A DNA stretch of 64,000 nucleotides, taken from contig NC_068981.1 of NCBI RefSeq assembly GCF_001194135.2, positions 150,242,327 to 150,306,326 on the forward strand. The letters are read 5' to 3'. Below are positions 26,331 through 39,078 of the stretch, piece after piece. Below the pieces are notes generated by a model. It was not told the DNA's origin and ran no database searches. It worked only from the letters and a program-made list of their open reading frames with translations. This DNA comes from Octopus bimaculoides (Eukaryota). Every line of letters begins with the position of its first letter. Position 1 is the stretch's first letter. The translations under genes and the position numbers were made by a program.

Positions 26331-26880
26331 TTATTTTAAGGCCCTTGTAGTAGTGTCGTTTGTGGTGGAAGCATTCAAAAGGGGTTTATATTTTGCGATA
26401 AAATATGACTTTTTGCTAATGCTCTGATTATAGGTTGTATCGTTCCTGAATTTATTGAGAGGAAAAAATTCTGAAGTTAGGCTGTTCGTTATTGGCGCAA
26501 ATGTCGATATGTTCACAGAATGCTATTTTTCTGTATTCCCGAATTTTAATCTAGGATCTATGTAGAGTCATCCTTTGACGTAGACTGTCTTTGGTTTGGC
26601 CTATGTATTGCTCTCGACACCCTGAGCAAGTTAACACATATATTAGGTCTTCCGAAGTACATTTGAAGTTGTTTTTCACTGTAAAATGTTGACCTTGTTT
26701 GAAATTACGTTGACGCATATACCGCATTTAAGTCTTCCGCATTTTTTTACTGACGGCTTCAGTGTTGTTGTTGAGTGTCTTTGGGCTTGTGTTAGGAGAA
26801 TTTTCATAAGTTTTTGGTTGAAAGCCTGTATCAATTAGTGATGGTGAGTAGTTTCTGGTAGTGAGTGTATCTTTTAGTTC
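26331..26880 (-). mobile_element. Penelope-like element fragment: RT thumb remnant, Cys-rich linker and GIY-YIG endonuclease (frameshifted)
   Basis: - strand translation across frameshifts: ELKDTLTTRNYSPSLIDTG...PSVKKCGRLKCGICVN...FTVKNNFKCTSEDLIYVLTCSGCREQYIGQTKDSLRQRMTLHRS*IKIREYRKIAFCEHIDIC...FPLNKF...YFIAKYKPLLN, the typical PLE GIY-YIG C-terminus. Confidence 0.88.
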
Positions 26881-26888
26881 ATATATAT

Positions 26889-27175
26889 GACCTCCTTTGT
26901 ATCGTTGGCGATTTTCTTTCTCCAGCTTCCCTTCTTTGGACGTTTTTTATATTTCTGATGAAGAGCTCCACTCGAAACGTGAATTCCTCTTTCTTTTCTT
27001 TCCTTTCCTCAGCATCCAATAACACTGCACTTATTCCACGTCCTCGCGTTGTTTTTCGTGTTTTTTCTTGCTTGTTCATGTTTGGATTGAGTATATATAT
27101 ACATATATACATTTCATATTTTGTATTTTGGAGTAATGAGTATATGTCGATTAGTGTGTTGAAGTTTTGAGCACA
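26889..27175 (+). mobile_element. Probable 3' UTR/pseudo-LTR segment of the same Penelope-like element, inverted relative to the ORF piece
   Basis: Non-coding, abuts the inverted ORF fragment at an ATATATAT junction (26881-26888), carries a hammerhead-like motif. Assignment is inference. Confidence 0.5.
26951..26985 (+). ncRNA. Minimal hammerhead-like motif, likely non-cleaving
   Basis: AUUU-CUGAUGA-A-GAG(CUCCA)CUC-GAAA-CGU-G-AAUU: core plus an extra A, 3-bp stem II, loopless ACGU stem III. Position 17 is G and stem I is weak. Confidence 0.55.
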
Positions 27176-28482
27176 TTTTAGGCTACCTGGTGCCATCCGC
27201 ACTCTGGGTATATATTTTCGCTGGATTTACTTTAAGAAATCCGCAGTGTTTGTTGCGATAATAATAATAATTTCTGAAGTAATCAGAAGATGGATTTGGT
27301 ATTAATCTTTGTTTTGAACAACGGTCATTTACACCCATCCTGCTACTATCCCTTATGGGTGGGATTCCGTTCAACATGTTGTATTCCATCCATTTTACAG
27401 TCTGAGTCTTATCAGGTACATAAAGTTGTGTCTCCCTAAAGATCCTGAGTTTTTGGCTGTCACGTTTGTTATGTGTCCGTCTGGTTATGACCTTTACTAG
27501 ACTGGTCCTTATTCCATTACTTGCAATTCACCTACCTCTTACATGCATTCTAAGTTAAGGAAACAAGACTAATCTTATACGAATTATTATTCCAATTAGT
27601 AAGTATATGCACTCTATTTCCTGACCATGTCTAACTTAATAGCATCAAGTAGTGTAATCTTCTAGGTCATATTTTAGGATACATTTCACTTAAATAGGGA
27701 GTTGTTATTCACCTAGATATACCCAATCTTTGCTGGTTTGTCTAATATTTGTTGGCGGAATTTGTTCAGATACCGTCTGAATGTTATGAGGCCTTTTTTC
27801 CTCTTTGATTTCTCTCATGATAATATTGAATAAATCAGGATAAATTGATGATAAAACACTTGTATCGCAATGGCTCTGGGACCAGTCTTTGAGTGAATTG
27901 CGAACAGGATGCCAGCATTGTGTGGACGATGTACAAATAATATACTGAATAAAACTTACATTGTACAGATAATATACAGGAGTGAATCTTTTACATCGGT
28001 AGATCTTTCGGTCATATGAAAATACATGTAAAATAAAATATGCATACAAAGGAGTTCGTATAAAATGTATCTGGAAAGAAATCATAACCTGGGTTTTACA
28101 GTCATCGACAAAGCCAAATAATATTCGAAATTTGAGGATTAAGCATGTTCTCGTTCTTAATATATAACACCTTATACAGACAACAACAAAGAGTTGTGCG
28201 ATGCAAATTTGCTAATGTAATAATAACAATCTGCTCACGTTGAATCCCATGATGCCAACGTCTGTGCATATTAGATTTAAGCTAATTCTTTATTTTTCTT
28301 TACATAGGTTTTAAAATTCTTTACAAAGGTTTTAAAATTGATGTATTGGTTTTGAATTTACTTTCTTATCTCGAGCTTTCCCGACATACATATATACAAA
28401 TACAAATACACAAACACACACATACATACATACATACATACATACATACACACATACATACACACATACATACACACACACG

Positions 28483-28520
<38 letters not shown>

Positions 28521-30526
28521 TATCATTCCGAACTTGTTAGAGTGATTTCAACTCTGATACTTGTCGGCGACGTGATAGCAAATGCCTTTTATTTGTTGTT
28601 ATGACGTTAGCTAATATTCTGATTTATTTATCTTACTCTGAGTAACATGATTGTGTATGATAAACCGCTTAAATATCGAGGAGACTTTTTGAAACATTAA
28701 AATTAGAAATTTATTTTAAGACGATTTTTTCGTTCCGAAGAAAATATAACTATATCGAAGAGAGTTCACTAAAAATATTCCATTTGAAAATGAGATTGAA
28801 TGCGAAAACCAGGTCAATTTAATTTCAATATCAGTCAGACATTTTCACTTCTTTGTCAATAATTTCTTCATTTTTTTTTTTCACAGGCATACGTAGAATG
28901 GTTGAAAAGATTACTTTCATTACATTTCATCTTATTTACAAAGAGAATTTCACCAGTTTCTAATTAGCTACACAAAAACCTTTACTCTGTTTTTTATTTT
29001 ATTCTTTTATCATGCTGTAACAAGAAAGTAACCACCTTCTAATTTCCCTGAACTCTCTTTTTTTTTAAAACCTCCTAAATAATTTTAGACTTAACTGGTA
29101 CGAAACAGTAACAGTGATCTTCGCAGTTTTATAAATGGTGCTAATTATAAATACTTAGAAAATGATATTCAATGAAAGCAGACACAGCTTGGAAGTAACT
29201 ATTCTTCACACAATTTATTATGAGCAACGAAAATAAAATGAACAGAATCTCGTATTTCTTATTTATTTCTTAATAGAGAGAGAAACTATACATTTTCAGT
29301 CAGGAAGTTTATTTCATTTGACAGTAGTCTGTGAAATCAAATACATTTCATCGCAATTCGTCTATAGTTAACCCATCACGTGACTTACTTCAGTTAATGT
29401 CGTTGATGGAAAAATTGAAATAATATATTTCCAGTTGTTAAATCAGATCTGTTCAAATATCTCAGTGTCGCAAATGGCTGAGTTGTTAGGGTGTTCGATA
29501 TTTTTGATGCTAGCAGCGCTGATGTAATGTGTCTCCGATCAATTCACCTAAATTTACGGTCTAGTACACCGTGATGTAAATAGATACAAAGGAAAGATAC
29601 AACTTTTCAAAGACAGTTACTGGAGAAATGCTTGAATAATGAATATTTCGATAACTTTCAAGCCAAGCAGGCGAAAAGAGATTGTCCAGTAAATTCTGCA
29701 CAGAAACACGATTCTTCCGAAGATACGGTCTACCTTCACATCTAATACGTAATCTTTATTTGGCATTCGCTAGTCACAGACAACATGCTACATAACCCAT
29801 CAAAGTATATAGAATTGCAGAACCCCTATTGATCTTTACAGGTGTTTTTAACTAAATGGAATAGCTAAAATCTTCATCCGAAGACTACATTTCCTCTTCA
29901 GTACAGGTCAATAGGTAATGCTCTGCAAAATTTGGTAATTCCGATAAAACGGAGTGGTGCTACTGCTTCATTCATACGCCTCCTAAAGAATATCTAAGCG
30001 GAAACTGTTTGGCTGATTGGCAAACTTTTACTTACCAGCATAGTATAATATTTAGCCAAGACATGCTACTTTTCTCAATCTATGTATCTTTATTTCTGTG
30101 TTCTCTCAATATATTAATCAATTTTGATACTACTACAAAGACTTATTCCTGCTCGTAGTAGCATTTACACACCACTCAGGTTCACTTGACCCTCACATAA
30201 AACACTTTGACAATTTCTTTAACATTTTTCTTTAATCATTGATCTACAGATGTTCACGCTCAACGTATTAAAAACCCGTGTTGTTCTGTGCAGCCTCGGA
30301 AACCATCTGAAAGTTATGCATGCTGCCCTTCCTCTCGCTTAAGATATAAAAAGAGTCGCAATACAGCTGTGGCCCATAAATATCGGAAATACTTGCGTAC
30401 TTAGTTATATATAGTGGTATTATTAATGAGAGGTAAATGGTTCATGCATGTTAGATATCAATCTTTTAATATGTATGTAGACATAGTTATATAAATATGT
30501 AGACATAGTTTATATAACTATGTAGA

Positions 30527-30689
30527 TATATTGGTTTCAAAGTTTGGCACAAGGCCAGCAAGTTTGGAGCGAGGAGGGGATAAGTCGATTACATCAAACC
30601 CAGTGATCAACTGGTAACTTCTTTATCGACCTGGAAAGGTGCTAAGCATTTTGCCCGGCGTGCTATTGATTTTGCCAGTTCACTGCCTT
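30527..30689 (-). mobile_element. SINE family A, internally deleted
   Basis: ggcacaaggccagcaagttt...aagtcgattacatc..cccagt...ctggta..tttatcgacc...aagcattttgcccggcgtgcta...tgccagttcactgcc is the reverse complement of family A. Confidence 0.75.
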
Positions 30690-31329
30690 TATTTGAATGA
30701 AGATTAATGATTCTTCGAGCATAGGAATCAGCGATAGGAACGTGAAAAGACAACAAATAACTACGTGAACTTTCATTCCTATTTCTGCTTCACATTCATT
30801 GGTGATCAGTGTATCCACTCATTTACATACAGTAAATATGTATATCTACCCATAAACGATAGTCACCTATACGCACGGTAAAAGAGCCTCTATGACAATA
30901 CGAGAAATAGGAAAACATTTTAGATTGTATAGTTCTAGATATACTATGTCTGAATAAAAGATATGGTAGGCATAAGTGGATCATCTTCAATATAAATTTG
31001 ACCGAACAACGAAAGTAACACATCACATTCTAGATATGAGAGAGCACTGCGCAGCCTGATGTTTGCTATGAGAAAATATAAATAGAATTTCACCTTTACA
31101 TGTATGATAGGTTTCAATTATTATTAAACAGTTAACTGTTAGCAATCATCAGTAACTACATCGTCATTCACGTTGTCCTTCGTGCCTGCTATAAAAAAGC
31201 AGAAATAATTTATTCTATTGAGAAGCATATCATGAGATTATGAGACCGAGAAGATCGGGAAATGCTGATGAAGTTTCGAACTGCATTGTTTCAAGTTAAG
31301 CATAATATACAAAATGAATATCATTAATT

Positions 31330-31380
31330 AAAAAGATACAACTTGAGCACAGACATGTCTTACCCTTTTATATATATAGA
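31330..31380 (-). mobile_element. Possible 5' (TC) terminus of a non-autonomous Helitron
   Basis: - strand begins TCTATATATATAAAAGGGTAAGACATGTCTGTG; no matching 3' hairpin/CTAG found. Confidence 0.3.
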
Positions 31381-31418
31381 CATACATACATATACATACA
31401 TACATACATACATACACA

Positions 31419-31460
<42 letters not shown>

Positions 31461-32274
31461 AACTATTGTGCTTACACACAGACGCACACACACACATGTA
31501 TAGTTGAAGATATAGATATGTCATTATATTCATCTATATGCATTTACGTATTTAAATGTACGTATTAATGAGAACGCGCTATCGTAGAAACAGTCATTTT
31601 AAATTTCTTCGAATATCTGTGTTAAGAATAAGAGCTTATAAATCACCGCAAAGAAAAATTGTATTTCCAAAATTTTATTATCTGGAGAAGTATCAATTGC
31701 TTATATTCATGAATGAACACACATGAATACACACACATACACACACACACACACACACGCATACATGCATACATGCATATACACACACACACACATACTT
31801 ACACACATTCATTGATACATACATACATACATACATACGTATATACATACATACATACGAAGACTGAAGACATCGACTCGTTTATTGCAAACTGCGAGAG
31901 AATGTCTTCCAGATACTAGATATTATCTTGCCATCGGACATGATACGGTGACGAGAGCAGTCTGGAAAAAGATAAGAAAAAAGAAAAACACCAACAAACG
32001 AAGTTGACTATATTGCAGCCATCTGTCAAAAGAATATCGGTGAAAATTTTGAAAAATTAAATAGCTTCCAAGTTAAGACACAGCCGCCTAGATATTGCAG
32101 TGTGGAATCATAACGAAAAGATATGCTCCGTTGTGAAAATCGACTGCCTTTGGAGCCACAATGTGGTGAGAAAAATATTTAAGTAGGACATCTATGGACC
32201 ACTGAAAAGATTTTTTAAAATACAGTAATACGATACATTTTCATCTTCATGCTTACCACCCATCCTGGAGCAAA

Positions 32275-32506
32275 GGGCGGCGAGCTCGCAGAACCGTTAA
32301 CACGCCGGGCGAAATGCTTTGTTGTATTTCGTCTGCCGTTACGTTCTGATTTCAAATTCAGCCGAGGACGACTTTGCCTTTCATCCATTCGGGGTCGATT
32401 AAATAAGTACCAGTCATGCGCTGGGGTCAATGTAATCGACTTAATACCTTTGTCTGTCCTTGTTTGTTCTCACTATATTTAGCGCCTCCTGTGGGCAATA
32501 CAGAAA
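32275..32506 (+). mobile_element. SINE family A, well preserved, alternative 3' tail
   Basis: ggcggcgagctcgcagaaccgttaacacgccgggcgaaatgc...ttcaaattcagccgagg.cgactttgcctttcatccattcggggtcgattaaataagtaccag...ctggggtcaatgtaatcgact. Confidence 0.88.
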
Positions 32507-33722
32507 NNNNNNNNNNNNNNNNNNNNNNNNNNNNNNNNNNNNNNNNNNNNNNNNNNNNNNNNNNNNNNNNNNNNNNNNNNNNNNNNNNNNNNNNNNNNNN
32601 NNNNNNNNNNNNNNNNNNNNNNNNNNNNNNNNNNNNNNNNNNNNNNNNNNNNNNNNNNNNNNNNNNNNNNNNNNNNNTATATATATATATATATATATAT
32701 ATTATTTCAATTAAAAAAAAGTATGGTTGAACTTGGCTTTTAGGAAGAGAATGCAACTTGTGAAATCTATGCTACAAATGATTACTATATGTGGCACATT
32801 TAAAGTCTCCAAGAAAGTTTGAAAATTTAAAGGAAAATGAACAAAACAATCAAGCAGTTGGCCGGTCAAAATTAACTCTAAAGGGAAGTAGAAAATATAC
32901 ATACTTATGAATGTGCTTGTGCATAGCGGGACGCGTGAATATTTCACGGAATTAATGGTAAACTTATTGGGTTATTTCTGAAGACTTTATCCCCCCCCCC
33001 CTAAAAAAAGCTGAAAGCGTTGCCTGTGTTATATTTGTACCAAAAGATAGTCGCTCGTCTGCTGATCACTGAAAGATCAAGGAAATTGGATTACGATGAT
33101 TACTTAATGCACTTTATAAATACACTTTATTTACTTTATGCACAGTTTTATAGACTTAGTATACAGCAGTCTCCCTCTTTATCACTCACTCTTCGTCTTA
33201 CCCTTTTTTTCGCTCTCCTTTTACTTTCGCTCTTCGCTTTTCCCTTTAATTAATGGCGTGAAAGTTACTGACGGGCTAAGTAACGAAGAAAGAAAAAGCT
33301 TATTTTTAAAAAATTAACACATTTCACTCACTACTACCTCTGGCCCTACCCCACCTCTACCACCCACCCCACCCCTTCAACTAATCATGTGGATGCATTA
33401 CAGACGGGCTAAGTAACGGAGAAACAAGTAGACTTATTATAAGATGATTTATACGAAAAATAGTATTCACAAAATTATTGTAAACAATAAGGTACTATGT
33501 AACGGAGACATGTTTACTCTTTCTAATGCTTTGGACGACCATAGAGAGACTCTCCAATTGAAATGGTTTCTGTTTTATTCTACATTGTGACTAATTTGCA
33601 GAACTATCCAACTGCACATTTTAATATGAAAGTTAATAATCCGGGTATATGCTTGCGTTTGCAGAAGAGAAGTGTTACTTAATCATCGTAACGTTCTTTT
33701 ATTGTATTTGTGCGTGTGTATT

Positions 33723-33775
<53 letters not shown>

Positions 33776-34480
33776 GAATTTGTTTATATCGGTGTGTTTA
33801 TGAGTGCTTGCATACATTTCTGTCTATAAGTGTATGCTTTTACATGGCTGTATCTCATAATTATTGTCTGCTTGTCTTTTATACATCATACTATCAGCTG
33901 AAAATTATCATTTTTAACTGTTTGCTAGATATCAAGTAATTTATTATCAAGGTACAATAATTGTCTTCCTCTTCTTGCGTGTTCATGAACGTCTCTGTGA
34001 TTTGAAGCAGGGCTTACATTGGAATGAAAAAAAAAAGAACAATAATAAGAAAATCGACTACTTCAGCCTTATTTTATTATATACTTTTGATGTTTCCTTT
34101 TCTTGCTTCGCTCTATCTATTAATGTGAAATTTTGTCATTGAAGTAAGTTAATGCAAAATGTATTTTATGATATTATTAATGAGAATGTGTGTGAAAGAG
34201 AGAGAGAGAGAGAGAGAGAAGAGAGGGAGACAGACAAACAAAAAAGAAGATTTCGAGTGGGCGAGTTTATGTTTGTATGATATGGGGAAAAGGGGTTTGT
34301 TTGTCTGCGTGGTTTGGTGTGTGTAGCAGGAAGAAACTGCATTGGCTGAAAGACATCGATATAAAACTGGTTTCGCTTCCCGGTTATATCCAATCCACCT
34401 TCTGTATAACAGGCAAGGAATACCGATGGCATCTTGTATTCCGCTGATACACCCAGCTACGCAAGCACAAGCACGCACGA

Positions 34481-34514
<34 letters not shown>

Positions 34515-34929
34515 ACACACGCACGCNNNNNNNNNNACACACACACACACACACACACACATACACACACACGCACGCACACACACACACACGCATACAC
34601 ACACACAAACACACACGCAAGCACACATACACAGACAAAGGCACATACACTTGTACTAATTGATATTTTTTGTAGTATCGGTATATCTTTATATTTCTAC
34701 ACTTGAAGCAATACACATATATACAGGAATGTACTCTCACACACATATACATATGACATAAGGAGATAGACAGACAGAGAAAGAAGCGAGCAAGACCACA
34801 CTGTGTGCATGCACATGTGTGCATGCACATGTGTGCATGTATGTTATTGTGCGTATGAGTGCTTGCGAGTATTGTGATGACAAGTGAAATTACTATTTTA
34901 TAATATGTGATAAACTTCCACATTGATAT

Positions 34930-35240
34930 CGATAACATTTTTTATCCTAAATCGTAACACTCTCCAGTTGGTAGGCCAGCAGAGATGGCGAAATAACTGC
35001 TGATCCTCATCCTGACTTCCAACTTAACTCTTCTCTCTTGCTCCATAGCTAGCAAAAGGCTCTTTCTCCTGCCTCTCCCACCTTGAACCCAGTGATCCTT
35101 CGCACTTTTCCTCTCGTTCCAGTGGTTGTAAACTTCCTCCATACCGCCTAGGCAAGGGATCTGTTTCAGCCAACCTCGACTATGAAAAGCCATGCCTGCA
35201 ATCCCTTCTTGCAATCTTGCAGAATGCTCTCGCACAACTG
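34930..35240 (-). mobile_element. 3' end of an RLE-type (HERO/NeSL-like) non-LTR retrotransposon, degenerate
   Basis: A frame missing from the ORF track reads QLCESILQDCKKGLQAWLFIVEVG*NRSLA*AVWRKF...VGEAGERAFC*LWSKREELSWKSG*, resembling the HERO C-terminal ...C...GW.A...PVEVGCRG...AERAS.WLW..R...W, followed by a 3' UTR ctgctggcc.acca.ctggagagtgtt. Confidence 0.7.
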
Positions 35241-36023
35241 AACTACTTCCCCAATGAATAATATTATAATGGGCTGATTATCCCACAGACTTTTGAATTC
35301 TTAATGTAACACTCACAAAAACTGAACATGAGATATTCGCTTACACACAGCTCCGTCTCCACAAATTTCCCTACAAGGCTCTAGGATGACCTTAGAGTAA
35401 GTAATAGACATTTTCTCAAGACCCCGCTAGTCAGGAATGACCTCACAATTTTGCGTTTGTTTCAATAGCAGCAAGAAACGATTCTACAAGAAGTCATAAT
35501 GTTGGTGTTAGTGGAAGAAACGATGAAGAAAAAAACTGCTGAAAAACGAAATGAAAGTGAAGAATAAATACAGAAAATTGGGAAAACGAAGTTAAAGCAA
35601 GTGAGCTAATATAAAGGCGTCTGCTAATTCCATTGTTCTTCTTTTTAAAACAGATCAATGCTTATCATTGCAAGTTATCTACCTGTCCGCTACAGTGCAA
35701 ACGTTTGCTTAAGTAGTTGAGACAAAAGTCTTTGATAAAAGTTTGCCTCCAGTAAAAACCGTAAACACATGCGTATATGTATGTATGTATGAATGTATGT
35801 ATGTATGTATGTATGTATGTATGTATGTATGTATATATANNNNNNNNNNNNNNNNNNNNNNNNNNNNNNNNNNNNNNNNNNNNNNNNNNNNNNNNNNNNN
35901 NNNNNNNNNNNNNNNNNNNNNNNNNNNNNNNNNNNNNNNNNNNNNNNNNNNNNNNNNNNNNNNNNNNNNNNNNNNNNNNNNNNNNNNNNNNNNNNNNNNN
36001 NNNNNNNNNNNNNNNNNNNNNNN

Positions 36024-36082
<59 letters not shown>

Positions 36083-36266
36083 TGAATGTATATATGCATA
36101 TATAGCTATATAAATACATACATATATATGTGTATTTACATATATAGATATATATATCTATGGATATACATTCATATACAAACATATACGTGTGTGTGTT
36201 CCTCTGTATATATGTAAATACGTATGTATGTATACATGTGTGTATATATATATAAATGTGTATATG

Positions 36267-36314
<48 letters not shown>

Positions 36315-36322
36315 AATGTGTC

Positions 36323-36409
<87 letters not shown>

Positions 36410-38522
36410 GTATATACATATACGCGTCCATATATATGTATATTTGCATATATATATGTTCATATATTTATATATATTTATATATTTATACATACTTGTT
36501 TTTGTGCGTGTATGATATATGTATATATAATTGATGGTTCTTGCTAATACACCGATAGAAGTGTAGGATTACCAAATTAGAGTCCGCGGTTGCCGTGTCA
36601 TCTGTTGTAGACATTTTGATTGTTTGCCTTGACAAGCACAAAATCCGTTAGGATAAATTGCCTAAGTCACTTGGTTAAGACCCCATTCATCTATATACTT
36701 TGGTCAAATACTCAAATTTCAAAGATATTTTCTTTATTCATCTCTTCCTGTGTTTACTGCTATAGTTATGTATCAGAAGAAACGTAACCCACTACAAACT
36801 TCCAATCAATGTTTCCCTCCAGACAGTATAAACGTTTTCACAAGCTAATTTTTGTCTCTTGTAAGTACTCATCTAAATTATATCAAAATGACTGAGTTGT
36901 AGCCTAACCATCAACAATGAGGTATAAACTGCTGATGAGACGAATCAGCGTTTTGATTTTGACTTATTTTTTAAAAAGTTAATTCAGGAAATGGTTAACT
37001 TCAGAATTTCACATTCACTTAGACAATGAATAGTTGTAACATCAGGATAACTATTACTCTAGTGAACCCTCGGCAAATTAGAAGCTTATGCCGTAACATG
37101 TATGCGGTTATTAGTAAGAATTTCCATAACATTAAATCACTTGAAATGGCAAAAACATTAAAACGAACATCATATACAGGAAGAACTATAGAAGCAGCAC
37201 TAGATCTGTTCTCTTCCAATTTCGATTATAAAATATTACTTAGCTTAGTTAAATTCGTTTATTGATACTATAAAAGTTTTTGTTTTTTTTCTTGAAAAGC
37301 TAAAATTCTTTTTTTATGAATAGATGTTCTGTTTCAAATTTAGATATAACCATTTTTAAAGTTGGGATGAAATTCGACTGCTATTTCTAAGAAGCCTTTG
37401 AAAGTTACCTGACTTTCATTAAATTTTTTCTTCCTTTTTGCGCTTGGAGTAGGACAATATATTCGTGGACCGAACATTGACTTTATTCGCAGGGGTTTCA
37501 TTTACGTTGTTTAGGCATTTTAAAAGGAATTTAAGTTAAGTTTACATATTTTCCTGTCTACTTTGACAAATCTTGGAATCTTTAAAAATCAACATACATT
37601 ATTGTTTATTTTCATTTCAGCTCTAATAGAACATGCCCATGATAAACTATTTTCCAACTATGACAATTCCGCTATTTTAATTCACATATAGCGTATGTAG
37701 AACGATACAATGCTATATATCGTTCCTATTCTCAAGATGGTAATGTATCATTTGAAAGAGATTTAGTTGCTAACACATTGATTACATCTTTCTGGATTCG
37801 CTTCAAATTTGTTGATTGTCTTCGCTAAAGCAATATCTATTAATCCAGATGTAATAACTATATCTTAAAAACTACTCTTTCTATACAGTAGCTGAATGAC
37901 TTTTATATCTAGATGTAGTACAGTTTGAGATGAAGAGACGAAAACAAATAATTTTGCACTTTTTTAAGTAATGCGTATCACAGATTTATGTCTATGAAGA
38001 AACCTGATGTTGTGACATTCATTGTCTTTAATGAGTATTAATAATATATTTCAAAGAAGACAGCCGAGAATTGAGTTCCTCAATAAAGGCGCCTCATTTT
38101 TTCTATAAATGTTCATGCAAATCATTTTATTATATTTCCAACACAACAATTAAGTTACAAGTATGATAAAATAACATCTTGAGAAAATCACGTTGTGCCA
38201 AAACATAAATTGACAACAATTGCAATTGTATACATTACGAAATTGCCATACTTACTAACTTCGATTGATTGGGCTTCACTGCGGTTACTTGAGCAGCTAG
38301 AAATAGAATAGTAATCTTACTCAATTCACAGCAAACCGTGTAAAGTAAAGGAAGAAGTAAGTATTCAAGTATGTAATCTCGGTCATACATTCAGAAGACG
38401 ATATGATGCCGTTAATGATCTGACACACTGGGAAAAGGCAGACTATATCTCAATTTATTAATAGCTGATCATGACTCGTCCTGTTGAGTTGAATTATTGT
38501 GTATATCGATTACATACATACA

Positions 38523-38594
<72 letters not shown>

Positions 38595-39028
38595 TTTAAA
38601 GGGGCATATTATCCAGGCGGATATTGTGGTAGCTCACAGTTATAGTTCCAGGATACGGCTAACCCCATCAATTAATATATAACGTCTATGGCTCCTAGTT
38701 ATCATTCATGCTATAAATTCCGTCGATTGGAAATTCCATGTTCATTTCACTGGATGGTAATATTTTCTGGAGTGTATATTTGTAACAATTATCACGATAG
38801 ATAATATGTAGACTGGTACATGTTATGGTTACGATTACTTACACGTGGAAACACGTATAGGTGTTATAGCCCCCAAAATATGCAGTATGACATTTTGAAA
38901 TAATAGGAAATCAATTTTGAGGATGTTCTTGTCTCCATATTTTCGATTGTTATAATTGCTTATATTTATATGTGTGTGTGTGAGTAGGTGTGTGTGGAAA
39001 GAGAGAGAGGATTAGAGATACACACATA

Positions 39029-39078
<50 letters not shown>

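Noticed and set aside
28887-28965. Acceptor-like t-tract cacag| and similar sites near 35665, 37621 and 56237
   Set aside because: No consistent frame and donor combination
31265-31285. CTGATGA motifs here and near 36933, 40739, 51735 and 57939
   Set aside because: No stem II plus GAAA and UH in the required geometry
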